Shown here piece after piece: positions 36,221 through 46,439 of a DNA stretch of 64,000 nt. Source of the stretch: a virus (Duplodnaviria; Caudoviricetes); IMG/VR virus record IMGVR_UViG_3300021376_000006; one strand, written 5' to 3'. The notes under the pieces were generated by a model. It was not told the origin of the DNA. It was given only the letters and a program-made list of their open reading frames with translations, and made no database searches. The position numbers were made by a program, and so were the translations under genes. How positions within the stretch are numbered: position 1 is the first letter of the stretch; every line of letters starts with the position of its first letter.

Positions 36221-38524
36221 CTAGATTACGCAACTATCACAGTCTTCTTGACTTGTATATTCTTGTTCTTCAACTTGTCGAAATTCAACTAGTTTGTCTA
36301 TGTTTACTTCACCTTGTCCATCAAATGTATTAAAATAATATAGTTGTTTTAATCCATATTTGTAACACATTAATAAATGCTGTAGCATTTCGCTCATAGG
36401 AATCTTCTCGTCGTCGTAGTGTTGTGGATTATAACTGGTGTTTACGCTTATTCCTTGATCAATATACTTTTGCAATACCGCACAAATTTTGAGATAACCT
36501 TCGGGACTGATCTGATCCCAAAGTAACTCATACTTGTTTTTTAATCTACGATATTCAGGAACCACTTGCCTTAACGCACCGTGTTTACTTTGCTTCACGG
36601 ATACACATGATCGTGGTGGCTCTATACCATTAGTGGCATTTGAAATTTGTGCAGATGTTTCTGCAGGCATTAGTGCCATTAGTGTAGCGTTACGCTGACC
36701 TGTACGCTGAATCTGTTCGCGTAGCGATTGCCATGGCATCCGTTCTGTATATGGAACTAATTCATCTACCTCGCGCTTACGTGTATCAATTGGTAATACC
36801 CCTTTTGCACTCTTTAGATCTTGCCAACGAGTACAAGCACCTTGCTCTTCAGCGAGATCTGCAGAAGTCTTGATCAAATAATAAGACCAAGCTTCTGCAT
36901 ACTCGTCAACCAAGGCCAATGCCTTAGGATCACTATAACTGACATCATTTTTGGCCAAGAAGTAGGCAAAATTGATAATACCAATGCCCAAGGGTCTAAA
37001 TTCTTCCGTAGCCAATTGTGCTGCACGAATTGGATAGTTTTGATAACTTAATAAAGCATCCAATCCTCTTACCGCCAACCTACACATCTTCTCGAAGTCA
37101 TGTGGGCTTTTTACATTGCCCCAATTGATCGCTGATAGAGTACACAGGGCGATCCTACCATCCTCGTCGTTGACGTCTCGTAACGGTACAGTTGGTAAAT
37201 CTATTTCCGCGCAAAGATTACTCATCTTGATGGGTGCCACAGCTTCGTCAAACGGCGAGTGGGTATTGGCATGATCAACATTCTGCAAATATATTCTTCC
37301 CGTATCCTTGCGTTCCTGCATGAATCTACTAAACAAATCACTAGCCTTGAAAGTTTTCTTTCTCAGCTTGGTATTACGCTCTGCTCGCTCATAAAGCTCT
37401 TTGAATCGATCCTGATCGTTGAAAAAAGCAGAGTACAGCTCAGGTACATCATTGGGACTAAAACAGGTAATGTCGCCGCCTGTAATTAGTCTTTCATACA
37501 TCAACTTGTTAAATTGCACGCCGTAATCCATATGGCGCACACGGTTATCTTCTGTGCCTTTGTTGTTCTTTAATACAATCAGGTCCTCGATCTCAAGGTG
37601 CCAGATTGGGTAGTACAGTGTAGCGGCGCCATTGCGTACACCCCCTTGGCTACAACTCCGCGTTGCGCTTTGGAACAACTTGTAAAAAGGTATAACCCCG
37701 GTGTGGTAAGCATCTCCGTTTCGTATTGGGCTGCCAAGTGCTCGTATTCGACCTGCTCCAATTCCAATTCCGGCTTTTTGGCTGACGTACTTGACAATAC
37801 TGCTAGTAGTGGCATTGATACTGTCAAGACTGTCATCTGTTTCAATAAGCACACAGCTAGAGAATTGCTTTTGCGGTGTGCGAACACCGGCCATGACAGG
37901 AGTAGGCAAACTGATATCATGTAAACTGATAGCATCGTAGTAGTCCTTGATCCATTGTAATCGTGTTTCTTGGGGATACGTTTGAAACAGTGTAGCTGCT
38001 ATCAGTATATATGCCACTTGTGGAGTTTCGTATATTTCGTTGGTAACTCTATTTTGTACTAGATACTTGCCGCGCCATTGCTCCATGGCCACATAAGTAA
38101 AATGTTTATCTCTTTCATGGTGAACAAAACTGTTCAGACGATCCCATTCGCTAGCAGTATATGCGTCTATTAGACCTTGATCATAAAAATCCGATTCCAC
38201 ATTTTGCTGTACCAATTTAATCAACGGCCACGGACTGTAATCACCATATACCTGTTTGCGTAAATGATAATTAATTAGTCTTCCTGCTACATATTGATAA
38301 TTTGGAGTTTCTTCGCTTATAAGATCAGCAGCAGATTTAATAAGTGTTTCTTGGATATCTGCTGTTTTTATTCCGTTATAAAACTGTATGTGGCTTTTTA
38401 TCTCTACTTCGCTTGCGCTTACACCAGTGATTCCTTCGGTTGCCCAAAATACAACTCGGTGTAGTTTTTCTAAATCTAGTAATTCTTTACGTCCGTCTCT
38501 TTTAGTAACTTGAATTTGTGTCAT
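36221..38524 (-). CDS. nrdA: Ribonucleotide reductase class Ia alpha subunit
   Basis: ATP cone VTKRDG, QFSSCVL, SNLCAEI, C-terminal DCDSCVI. Confidence 0.97.
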   Translation of the reverse strand: MTQIQVTKRDGRKELLDLEKLHRVVFWATEGITGVSASEVEIKSHIQFYNGIKTADIQETLIKSAADLISEETPNYQYVAGRLINYHLRKQVYGDYSPWPLIKLVQQNVESDFYDQGLIDAYTASEWDRLNSFVHHERDKHFTYVAMEQWRGKYLVQNRVTNEIYETPQVAYILIAATLFQTYPQETRLQWIKDYYDAISLHDISLPTPVMAGVRTPQKQFSSCVLIETDDSLDSINATTSSIVKYVSQKAGIGIGAGRIRALGSPIRNGDAYHTGVIPFYKLFQSATRSCSQGGVRNGAATLYYPIWHLEIEDLIVLKNNKGTEDNRVRHMDYGVQFNKLMYERLITGGDITCFSPNDVPELYSAFFNDQDRFKELYERAERNTKLRKKTFKASDLFSRFMQERKDTGRIYLQNVDHANTHSPFDEAVAPIKMSNLCAEIDLPTVPLRDVNDEDGRIALCTLSAINWGNVKSPHDFEKMCRLAVRGLDALLSYQNYPIRAAQLATEEFRPLGIGIINFAYFLAKNDVSYSDPKALALVDEYAEAWSYYLIKTSADLAEEQGACTRWQDLKSAKGVLPIDTRKREVDELVPYTERMPWQSLREQIQRTGQRNATLMALMPAETSAQISNATNGIEPPRSCVSVKQSKHGALRQVVPEYRRLKNKYELLWDQISPEGYLKICAVLQKYIDQGISVNTSYNPQHYDDEKIPMSEMLQHLLMCYKYGLKQLYYFNTFDGQGEVNIDKLVEFRQVEEQEYTSQEDCDSCVI

Positions 38525-38532
38525 TAACGCCT

Positions 38533-38985
38533 CTAGTATTGTTCTAATTTTAAGTCAACCGCTGTGTAGCGATATTTTAATTTTAATTCTTGATTAATGT
38601 GTTCTTTATTTACAATCTCGTCCTCAATCAAATTAAGAACATATTTTCCGCCACACAAGTATGCTATATGGTAATTGTACCTGGTCTTTCGATCGTAATA
38701 TATCCTAATTTCCGGTTCTAAGAATGATTTATGACCTGAAAGATGTAAAGTATACACGATTCCTAACACTTTAGCAAGGTCACAATAGGTATTTTCTTGT
38801 AACAACTGCCATGGATCTGGCCAATTGGATGGCGAGTCATAATCCAAGTAAAAAGGACTGAAAGGACAAGTATGCCATAATTCCAAAGTCGTATGTATGG
38901 CTTCAACTAAAGATAGATTGTCGAAATTTTGCCTAACAGACTTCCACCGCCGCAATCGCTCGCTGGTTGATAATTTGAACATCAA
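38533..38985 (-). CDS. Conserved phage hypothetical protein
   Basis: NWPDPWQLL.EN.YCD. Confidence 0.7.
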   Translation of the reverse strand: MMFKLSTSERLRRWKSVRQNFDNLSLVEAIHTTLELWHTCPFSPFYLDYDSPSNWPDPWQLLQENTYCDLAKVLGIVYTLHLSGHKSFLEPEIRIYYDRKTRYNYHIAYLCGGKYVLNLIEDEIVNKEHINQELKLKYRYTAVDLKLEQY

Positions 38986-40352
38986 ATGAACTGTCTATAT
39001 GTGAATTGATATGTTGCGATTCCACTGCTTACAGAAACAAGAATGCAGTCGTTATTAGCTGATATATTAGCACCCACTCCGGTGGGCGTTTCAACGTAGC
39101 TGTCAGTATAAGTCAGTGTAGAGCCTTGTGTGGCCAGTGTCAATGATCCTATTCTAACATTACTATTACTTTTCAGTTGATAATCAACAATGCCTGCTGC
39201 GTTGCCAGCCGTGACAAAAACAGATGGTGTTGTTGTGATAGTAAATCGTTGGCTAGGATTTATTACACAGTTGCCTAAATATAAACCTGAATTCACTCTG
39301 TTGTCACTGTCGTAAAAGTTGCCAAGTTCAAAATTAAAATTACTTCCATTTGAAACAAAGCTTGTTGCTCCACCTATGTAATTGCCTATGCTTACGAACC
39401 CGGTACTAGTACCAAGATGAGCTGCTGTATTGCTCATATCAGTAAAACTACTGTTCATAACTCTTACTGATGTAATTGATGCACCGGTTAAAGCAATACT
39501 GTTGCCGCCACCAACAAACACACAGGTATCAAATGTAAGTTTACTAGATCCAATTACTGAACTTGCAACCGAAACAATGTTAGGAAAAAAACCTGCGCTT
39601 GCATTTGAAACAAACTTGCTGTTTGTTATTTTTACATTACTAGCACTGTCAATCACAACCAGCGGAGTTACAATGCTTGCATTACTGTTAAAGAAATTTA
39701 TGCCGTTAACTTCTATATCTATAGGATAAACAGCTGAACCACTTCCAATACTTGCTGCTGTCTGAAAAGAACTGTCGCATGTTGTAGCTACAGACTGATT
39801 GCCCATTGATTGTTTTATTACGGTACTAGATAATCCATCACCCACCAGTTTGGTGTATGGAGGAATTAAAAGGGTGCTGTTAATAGCGTATGTTCCGCCA
39901 GGAAAATAAATTGTTCGTCTGGCTCGAGGTTCAGTCGGACTGACTGTTGATTGGTAAATCTGTTGTATTGCACGATTAATTGCTACTGTATCATCTGTAG
40001 TACCATCACCAACTGCTCCAAAATCTTTTACATTTACAATGTCATCTAATTTTTGTTGGTAGGTCCTTACAGTAGGCGACATTATACTTGCACCGGTTTG
40101 TGCTGTATAACCTGCAGTATTGCCTACAAAAGTGTACGAAGAAAATGCAACGTTTGAAGTTAAATCATAAATGTCATGTTCTGTTAAAATCCGCGTGATG
40201 CCCACAATTGGGGCGCCTTCTGCCAGAGTGCCATTACCAATATATAATTGTCTTGTATCTACGCTCCAGCCAAGCTCAGCTGAGGCAAGTTGCGGAAGAT
40301 CTTGCTCCAATCCCCTGCGATGTTGAATTCTGCTTATCTGCGTAACGGCCAT
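38982..40352 (-). CDS. Tail fibre/spike protein with pectate-lyase-like beta-helix
   Basis: RRG...AELGWSVDTRQLYIGNG N-terminus; VNVKDFGAVGDGTTDDT.AINRAI; IYFPGGTY. Confidence 0.8.
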   Translation of the reverse strand: MAVTQISRIQHRRGLEQDLPQLASAELGWSVDTRQLYIGNGTLAEGAPIVGITRILTEHDIYDLTSNVAFSSYTFVGNTAGYTAQTGASIMSPTVRTYQQKLDDIVNVKDFGAVGDGTTDDTVAINRAIQQIYQSTVSPTEPRARRTIYFPGGTYAINSTLLIPPYTKLVGDGLSSTVIKQSMGNQSVATTCDSSFQTAASIGSGSAVYPIDIEVNGINFFNSNASIVTPLVVIDSASNVKITNSKFVSNASAGFFPNIVSVASSVIGSSKLTFDTCVFVGGGNSIALTGASITSVRVMNSSFTDMSNTAAHLGTSTGFVSIGNYIGGATSFVSNGSNFNFELGNFYDSDNRVNSGLYLGNCVINPSQRFTITTTPSVFVTAGNAAGIVDYQLKSNSNVRIGSLTLATQGSTLTYTDSYVETPTGVGANISANNDCILVSVSSGIATYQFTYRQFI

Positions 40353-40376
40353 GCTAAATCCTCAATTATTGTGTAT

Positions 40377-41075
40377 TTAGCTTGTTAGGTAGTACAGTTC
40401 GACTCTACGCATCCATTGATCGCTCCAATACTGGAAATCCTTGGGTTCTAGCACAAATTCTTGATACTGGGGGGTTGAATTTTCATCAGCCGGTAGAGCA
40501 CACATAAGAATGACACCTGTAGTAATGCTTGTTCCGTGTGTGCCGTTGTGAGCCGCCGCATATGCCGCGAGCTGTAAAAAATAATCGTCGATCCATTCGC
40601 GTTTCTTAGGCTTGTTCGTTTGTTTAAAATCCATGATCGCAGGCTGTCCTCGCCAAACGCCCACACAGTCAGTAGTACCAGCATAAAGCCCAGAATAGTA
40701 TAAAGGCACCTCGCAACCCCAATATTCATCAACATTTCCTAATCCTTCCAATATAACTTGTGCTGCCATAAACCACGAGGGTTGAGCATAGGGATTAGCA
40801 GGAAAATCGCCTAAGTCATCGTGCTTGATATACCGTTCTAGATAGGTATGCATTCTGGTACCACGATTGGCAGCTTCGGTTGTGATCTGTTGCGCTCGTT
40901 CATGACCTACACGATCTTTCCACTCGCGCAATGCTTGTCGGGCTTCTTCGGGCTTAGTACGATCCAGTATGGTTGTTACACTGGGTACCTTGCTACCATC
41001 AGGAAGACAATAGTGTCGCTTGCCCTCAACAGTGGTCCTGTTAAGGGGCTTGTAGTCAAATTTTTGAATAATCAT
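40377..41075 (-). CDS. PD-(D/E)XK exonuclease
   Basis: PSVTTIL, RGT.MH, YAGTTDC, IMDFKQT, YFLQLAAY. Confidence 0.88.
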   Translation of the reverse strand: MIIQKFDYKPLNRTTVEGKRHYCLPDGSKVPSVTTILDRTKPEEARQALREWKDRVGHERAQQITTEAANRGTRMHTYLERYIKHDDLGDFPANPYAQPSWFMAAQVILEGLGNVDEYWGCEVPLYYSGLYAGTTDCVGVWRGQPAIMDFKQTNKPKKREWIDDYFLQLAAYAAAHNGTHGTSITTGVILMCALPADENSTPQYQEFVLEPKDFQYWSDQWMRRVELYYLTS

Positions 41076-42075
41076 CTAAAATTTTATTAATTTGAGCAGC
41101 TAACAATTTATCATAATTGGTACTTGTTAATAAATTAAAATTGTGCTCAACAATTGATTGTATTTGATTTAGTATTTTATCTTGATCTTGATTACATAAA
41201 AAAACAACTTGTTTCATTACTGCTGTAAATCTTTGCTTTTCGTTGACTATAGAATCATAGGTCTCGTCTATTATAATATTAAAAGTTTGAAAACCTAATT
41301 CTTTTAAAAAATTGAGATAACCAGGACTTGAAAAAACTACAAACAATCGTTTGGCCAAAATTGGTCTTGCAATCTTTTCGCTTACAAGAATAAGATCGTT
41401 TTGACTGACAGTTTCTGAAACCATTGTGTAAGCAGTTTGTGTGTAAAGTTGTACAGGAACATACTTATAGTTAACTATTTCTACATCATTGTACAAAGCT
41501 GTAGCATCAAATCTATTTTGGATATCATCATACCAATAAGTAGGATTTTTATTATGTCCTGCGTAAGTAAATATTATTTTATCTTCAAGTAATTCCCTTG
41601 GTATCAACTCGTATATAAGATCTCTAGGAGGTCTATTAGATCCCAACAAACAATCAAAATATTTAGACTTTGGTTGATTGGGTGAAATATCATTTAAAAG
41701 GTTGTTTATTCCTAAATTATTATAAGTAGCAGCTATCTCCCGCATCCAAGCGTTCCAAAACAAATTTTTTGTTTCATATGTTTTACAGTATTTTCCTGGT
41801 AAGACCCATATAACATTGCGAAACAATTCAAGGTTGATATGATTTGTCCAATTTGGATGATCTGCAAAATAAAAAACTAAGGTAGAATGTGTATTTAAAT
41901 TGTATAATATAGATGGAAATTCACTTCCGCACTGAAAAATACATGATACTTTAAATTTCTTGTTTGAAGATATGAATTCGTCTAAATCATGCGTTATTTC
42001 GAATTTTTTTATATCTACGTAGTCATCCTTAAACCATCGTTCAAAGAAGAATTTTTGAGAATAATATAACAACAT
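41056..42075 (-). CDS. Putative glycan-modifying protein, paralogue of 5203..6288
   Basis: TMVSET...VSEKIARPI...LGFQTF...IDETYD. Confidence 0.45.
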   Translation of the reverse strand: MLLYYSQKFFFERWFKDDYVDIKKFEITHDLDEFISSNKKFKVSCIFQCGSEFPSILYNLNTHSTLVFYFADHPNWTNHINLELFRNVIWVLPGKYCKTYETKNLFWNAWMREIAATYNNLGINNLLNDISPNQPKSKYFDCLLGSNRPPRDLIYELIPRELLEDKIIFTYAGHNKNPTYWYDDIQNRFDATALYNDVEIVNYKYVPVQLYTQTAYTMVSETVSQNDLILVSEKIARPILAKRLFVVFSSPGYLNFLKELGFQTFNIIIDETYDSIVNEKQRFTAVMKQVVFLCNQDQDKILNQIQSIVEHNFNLLTSTNYDKLLAAQINKILDDYSKI

Positions 42076-42395
42076 TATATACGGAAGCTTTCGCCGCAGC
42101 CGCAGCGATCACGTTCCTTGCTGTTTATAAAATCAAAGCCTTCGTTAAGACCTTGACGTTTGTAATCCATGGTCATGCCATCAATGTAAGGAAGATCCTT
42201 GGGATTGACAAATACACTAACACCATTTGATTCATACTTGACCTGTTCATCTGTGGGTTTGTCAATGTATTCTAATTTGTATGCCAATCCAGAACAGCCT
42301 GTGGTTCTTACTCCAATGAGAATACCAGCACCATGACCTCTACGGTCAAGCTGTTGTCTTACTTTTTTTGCTGCCAGTTCAGTTAGCTGTATCAT
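42075..42395 (-). CDS. iscA: A-type Fe-S carrier IscA
   Basis: TTGCSGLAY, CGCGESF. Confidence 0.95.
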   Translation of the reverse strand: MIQLTELAAKKVRQQLDRRGHGAGILIGVRTTGCSGLAYKLEYIDKPTDEQVKYESNGVSVFVNPKDLPYIDGMTMDYKRQGLNEGFDFINSKERDRCGCGESFRI

Positions 42396-42765
42396 TTTTT
42401 GATCGATAGTCTGCCAGTGCTGCTTTGATAGCATCTTCGGCTAAAATACTACAGTGGATTTTAACCGGAGGTAACGCGAGTTCTTCCGCAATGTCCGAAT
42501 TCTTAATTGAATCCGCTTCATCAAGACTTTTTCCTTTAAGCCACGTAGTGACCAACGACGAGCTTGCTATAGCCGAACCGCAACCGTATGTTTTAAATTT
42601 GGCATCGGTGATAACATTGTCTTCTACTCGAATTTGAAGTTGCAAAACATCGCCGCATGCTGGCGCACCAACTAAACCAGTGCCTACGCTTGGGTCTGTT
42701 TTATCTAGTTTTCCAACATTTCTTGGATTTTCATAATGATCCAAAACCTGACCTGAATAAGCCAT
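42379..42765 (-). CDS. iscU: Fe-S scaffold IscU
   Basis: DHYENPRNVG, APACGDV, FKTYGCGSA, LPPVKIHCS. Confidence 0.96.
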   Translation of the reverse strand: MAYSGQVLDHYENPRNVGKLDKTDPSVGTGLVGAPACGDVLQLQIRVEDNVITDAKFKTYGCGSAIASSSLVTTWLKGKSLDEADSIKNSDIAEELALPPVKIHCSILAEDAIKAALADYRSKNDTAN

Positions 42766-42794
42766 ACATTCTCCTTGGAGATATTATAAACTTT

Positions 42795-43220
42795 TTAAGA
42801 TCTTTTTGCAAGTGCCGACTTTGCCATCGAGTCAACTGTACGCTCAGGAGCTGTTTTTACACCTTTTGAATCAGTAACCCCGGGTTCTTCATCTGCATCA
42901 TCTGCAAAAGGTTCAAGATATACATACTTGACTCCAGAAAGATCGTCTTTGATATCTTTGATTAGATTTTTAACGTTTTGATTGTTCTTGTAAGCGTCCA
43001 ACAAATTTTCCAAATTAAACTGTTGTTCACCTGTGCCTTGAACCAAGTTGATCAGACTGTCTACTCGTATGCGAGGTTGAATGTGGGTATCGTGAGCTCT
43101 ATGACGTAAGAATTCAAGTGTGGTGAGCAAATTTGCATCACCACGACCGTCTGCCTCATCTTCGAGCACTTCATCCAAGTATTGATCTAAGTTCTCTGAA
43201 ATAACTTCACGAATACGCAT
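42795..43220 (-). CDS. Hypothetical protein with capsid-targeting-like leader
   Basis: Starts MRIREVISE. Confidence 0.7.
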   Translation of the reverse strand: MRIREVISENLDQYLDEVLEDEADGRGDANLLTTLEFLRHRAHDTHIQPRIRVDSLINLVQGTGEQQFNLENLLDAYKNNQNVKNLIKDIKDDLSGVKYVYLEPFADDADEEPGVTDSKGVKTAPERTVDSMAKSALAKRS

Positions 43221-43903
43221 CAGCGTTTTTCTCTGCCCACTACATTAGGGCCTGCTGCTGCATCTGTTGCAGCAAAATTATCAGTCTCCATGTTGCCAGT
43301 CATGTCTGTTGCAGGCATTTGGTCTGGCATAGGGCCACCAGGTGCAGGCATGTCCATTCCCATCGGAGCGGCCACTTGTTCACCGGCTAAAGCTCTTGCC
43401 GCATCATCGGCTGTGCTTCTTGCTGATCCTAATTGTTGTACCATATTAGCTAATAGCGGCTCAACTGCACCTTTAAATGCCTCAGCCTGTTCCATGCCAA
43501 TTTGATCACGGATAGTGTCTAGCAGTGCAGGCATTTGCTCGTTTTGCATTTTGCTTACATCTTCCAGCATGTCTTGGATACTATCAACCATGTCCTTGGC
43601 AGCCAAAATAGCTTGACTCTTGCCCATTTCGCTTTCCATGATCAGCTGTTGCTTGTTTTCGATCATCCAACGGTGTAGACCTTCACGGATCATCAGTAAT
43701 TCCATGTACTTTGGATTTTGTTCTGCTACGTGGACTCCGTGACTGTGCTTGATTTTTTCAAGATTTTCGGTTAAGCCTTGAGCTAGCACATAAGCTTTTG
43801 GAAAGTTTAAATTGTCATAATCAATTTTGACGCCAAAGCGGCTTTCCATAACTTTGTTGATTTTTTTAGCGGAAGGCTTGACGCCCATTTCTGTTAATCT
43901 CAT
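43220..43903 (-). CDS. Probable prohead core/scaffold-like protein
   Basis: Starts MRLTE; helical acidic body, LIMESE; CTAAATA upstream. Confidence 0.5.
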   Translation of the reverse strand: MRLTEMGVKPSAKKINKVMESRFGVKIDYDNLNFPKAYVLAQGLTENLEKIKHSHGVHVAEQNPKYMELLMIREGLHRWMIENKQQLIMESEMGKSQAILAAKDMVDSIQDMLEDVSKMQNEQMPALLDTIRDQIGMEQAEAFKGAVEPLLANMVQQLGSARSTADDAARALAGEQVAAPMGMDMPAPGGPMPDQMPATDMTGNMETDNFAATDAAAGPNVVGREKR

Positions 43904-44415
43904 AGTGGTGTGTTCCCAAATTTTAAGTATTTAGCCGAAATCAAAGTTTTTTTCAAAATGTTCAAAACGGTACGACGTTGTAATGTAGCGTCAATATATC
44001 TATTTAATGCAATATTGCTTTGAAATTGGTTTTTTGTAGTATTAATTGTGTGTTTATAAAATGCTATATCGTTATCAAGTTTACCCAGCTGCCGGTCCAA
44101 TTCCAGCACTTCATTGTAATCTGATTTGTTTTTTATAGATTTCAAACAATATAAAATTGCATGAGATTTGGCAACAAAATCGTGTAAATGTCTACCATCT
44201 CGTTGTATGACTCGCCAGCAGTTTTTTGTATGCCCGGTGATAATATAGGGGCCAACAAAAAACCCGCGATTTCCATTGGGGATAACCACGGGTTCGTTAA
44301 TAAATTTTTTAAGTTCTTGTTGGGTCCAACTTTTTATATATTTGATACCAAAATCTGCAAATGCGTTTTGAGCCTGTTCAAAATCAGTTTTTTTTCCTGT
44401 AATAGATTTTTCCAT
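43900..44415 (-). CDS. Hypothetical protein
   Basis: 171 aa in-operon ORF. Confidence 0.65.
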   Translation of the reverse strand: MEKSITGKKTDFEQAQNAFADFGIKYIKSWTQQELKKFINEPVVIPNGNRGFFVGPYIITGHTKNCWRVIQRDGRHLHDFVAKSHAILYCLKSIKNKSDYNEVLELDRQLGKLDNDIAFYKHTINTTKNQFQSNIALNRYIDATLQRRTVLNILKKTLISAKYLKFGNTPL

Positions 44416-44590
44416 CTTGATTTTTTCTAAATAAAATATCTTTGTTAACCAACTGATTAGCTATTAGATGTTGTCTTGCAGACATGTCTTCTTTAGCTAT
44501 CTGTTTGACATCTTCAATTTGACCTAAAACATCTGCTTCTTCATTGGTAATTGGTATCCTTATTTTATTTACAAGTTCTACTATCTTCAT
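44384..44590 (-). CDS. Hypothetical protein
   Basis: Starts MKIVEL. Confidence 0.65.
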   Translation of the reverse strand: MKIVELVNKIRIPITNEEADVLGQIEDVKQIAKEDMSARQHLIANQLVNKDILFRKNQDGKIYYRKKN

Positions 44591-44593
44591 TTT

Positions 44594-44860
44594 TTATTTT
44601 AGAATAAGTTGTACAATGACCATAATTAAGCCTGTGAGCATTGCTACGCCAAAGGCTGTGCCAACAGTGATCAACTGCCCGCTACTTTTACTGGTAGCTT
44701 CTGCAGCCGACTCTGATATTTTCGTGCGTATAATTACAATATGTTCTTCCATTGTATGCATACGCTGTTCTAACTTATCTAGTTTTTCTTCCAATGCCCG
44801 GTATCTTTCAGCACATAAATCCACGTGCGCCTCCAGGTTTGCTCTTTCGCTTGCTGCCAT
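44594..44860 (-). CDS. Coiled coil plus C-terminal TM protein (holin/XhlA-like topology)
   Basis: CAERYRALEEKLDKLEQRM coiled coil then one TM helix. Confidence 0.5.
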   Translation of the reverse strand: MAASERANLEAHVDLCAERYRALEEKLDKLEQRMHTMEEHIVIIRTKISESAAEATSKSSGQLITVGTAFGVAMLTGLIMVIVQLILK

Positions 44861-44896
44861 ATCGCTCTTTCATAAAAGTTAGAGGGTTCTGAGTTA

Positions 44897-44938
44897 GTGC
44901 CTAGATAATGTGCCATAAAAAGATGCCTAATAGGTGCC
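44897..44938 (-). repeat. Four spaced GGCA(C/T) boxes in a late leader
   Basis: Plus strand GTGCCT 44897, GTGCCA 44910, ATGCCT 44922, GTGCCT 44933. Confidence 0.6.
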
Positions 44939-44943
44939 TGTCT

Positions 44944-45378
44944 TTAAATAGTATTTAAGTTAATTCTGCCTTTTATAAAATATATGTTTTTTATTGCGCC
45001 GTATGGATAAAAAATAGGCAATATAAATCTTGCAGTTTCTTCAAGACCGCAGATAATAGGCACCCTAGCAAATGCTTGATCGAGCGTACCAACTGGGTCG
45101 GATCCTTTCAAAAATACGTCTTCATGTTCTACACCAAAACTGAAAATCCAACAGCGTTGATTTCCAAAATATATTTCGGGAAAATATGAGGTTTCGTCAA
45201 TCACTAAGTCACGCACATATGGACCATCAATTAATTGAGGTTGCGCTCGTAACCCAATACACTGCAAGACTGTTTCCCAATTACGTTGTTGATTGCGCTC
45301 AAGTTCTACATCATCGCGATGTCTTATTATTCCAGTAGCAGTTATATCAACTAAGGTTACACCAGTATAAAATTCCAT
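44944..45378 (-). CDS. Conserved hypothetical late protein
   Basis: TLVDITATG...QQRNWETVLQ.IGLRAQP; TATAAATA-5-ATG. Confidence 0.75.
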   Translation of the reverse strand: MEFYTGVTLVDITATGIIRHRDDVELERNQQRNWETVLQCIGLRAQPQLIDGPYVRDLVIDETSYFPEIYFGNQRCWIFSFGVEHEDVFLKGSDPVGTLDQAFARVPIICGLEETARFILPIFYPYGAIKNIYFIKGRINLNTI

Positions 45379-45396
45379 ATAAATATTTATAATCAA

Positions 45397-45424
45397 TAAA
45401 AAAGCAGACTGAAGTCTGCTTTTT
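45397..45424. terminator. Bidirectional terminator
   Basis: AAAGCAGAC-TGAA-GTCTGCTTT flanked by A/T tracts. Confidence 0.85.
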
Positions 45425-45444
45425 ATTTTTAAATAAATTTAAAA

Positions 45445-45840
45445 TTAAGCTACTGTAAATGATGCACCATCAGCTACAGTTGTACCACTTAGATCAACAC
45501 TGTTAGTGCCAACTGCTGTTCCTAAGGCACGAAGTGTAGTTTGCAGCACGCTTGCTGCTGGTGCATTAACACCGTCGCAAATTACGCTAATAACACCAGT
45601 AGCTGCGTTTGCAGCAAAGTATACTAACACACCTTGTGGTAGTGAGCGTATAATTGCTTCAAAAGCTTCATTAACTGCATCATCTTCTGTACGAAGATCA
45701 ACTGCACTTGCACTTGCATCTTTAGCAGTGATTAGATATAATTTAACGCTATGACCAACTTGTGCACCTGATGTGCCATTTAATGTGCCTACTACACCAG
45801 CGAATGCATAACCTGAACTACGAGTAACTCCTATTGGCAT
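45445..45840 (-). CDS. Small Ala/Val/Thr-rich virion protein (decoration-like), copy 1
   Basis: Starts MPIGVTR; dedicated late promoter, strong SD and terminator. Confidence 0.6.
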   Translation of the reverse strand: MPIGVTRSSGYAFAGVVGTLNGTSGAQVGHSVKLYLITAKDASASAVDLRTEDDAVNEAFEAIIRSLPQGVLVYFAANAATGVISVICDGVNAPAASVLQTTLRALGTAVGTNSVDLSGTTVADGASFTVA

Positions 45841-45896
45841 TTTATTTCTCCTTAAATGTTTGCGTATTACCGCATAATAATATTTATGGCAGTAAT

Positions 45897-45925
45897 AAAA
45901 AAAAGCAGACCAAAGTCTGCTTTTT
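45897..45925. terminator. Bidirectional terminator
   Basis: AAAGCAGAC-CAAA-GTCTGCTTT, same stem as 45397-45424. Confidence 0.85.
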
Positions 45926-45944
45926 CAAGGTACAAAAATACCGA

Positions 45945-46379
45945 TTAACTTGCTGCTAGTTTAATACCAACATTACGAACATCCATGGTAGTTGTTGTAA
46001 CTGGGCCATTAGCACCAATGTTACTTGATAGGGTAGCACGTAATGCAACTTGCATTGCTGCTGCACTTGCCCATGAACTACGCTCAGTGATAACACTTAA
46101 CTGCGTGTTAGCAGCAGTTGCACCAATATCAACTTGATATGCTAGAACTGTTGCGTTTGACGAAATAGCATTTAACAGTGTTTCAACTGCACCTGCTGTG
46201 CCATTTGTGCCACGACTTAGTTCAGCTGCAAGATTACCTGCAACAACTTGAATGTTGTATGCATTGACTGGACCAACAACACCAGTACTAATAATTGCTG
46301 CATTTGTTAGAATACGTCCACCATCAACGTTGTTTACGCCACCTGTGTCGCCATTTACTTTTGTTGCTCCTATTGGCAT
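45945..46379 (-). CDS. Small Ala/Val/Thr-rich virion protein (decoration-like), copy 2
   Basis: Starts MPIGATK; same regulatory cassette as 45445..45840. Confidence 0.6.
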   Translation of the reverse strand: MPIGATKVNGDTGGVNNVDGGRILTNAAIISTGVVGPVNAYNIQVVAGNLAAELSRGTNGTAGAVETLLNAISSNATVLAYQVDIGATAANTQLSVITERSSWASAAAMQVALRATLSSNIGANGPVTTTTMDVRNVGIKLAAS

Positions 46380-46424
46380 TTATTTCTCCTTAATTATTTG
46401 CGTTACCGCATGCTAATATTTATA
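46380..46424 (-). promoter_or_regulatory. Late promoter, GNRA leader hairpin and SD
   Basis: TATAAATA 46417-46424, TGCG-GTAA-CGCA, TAAGGAGAAATAAATG; near-identical element at 45841-45887. Confidence 0.8.
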
Positions 46425-46439
46425 TCAAAGTATTCAAAA

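Noticed and set aside
33880-38524. Introns, inteins or homing endonucleases in nrdA/nrdB
   Set aside because: Both ORFs are continuous and of normal length with no LAGLIDADG, HNH or intein motifs
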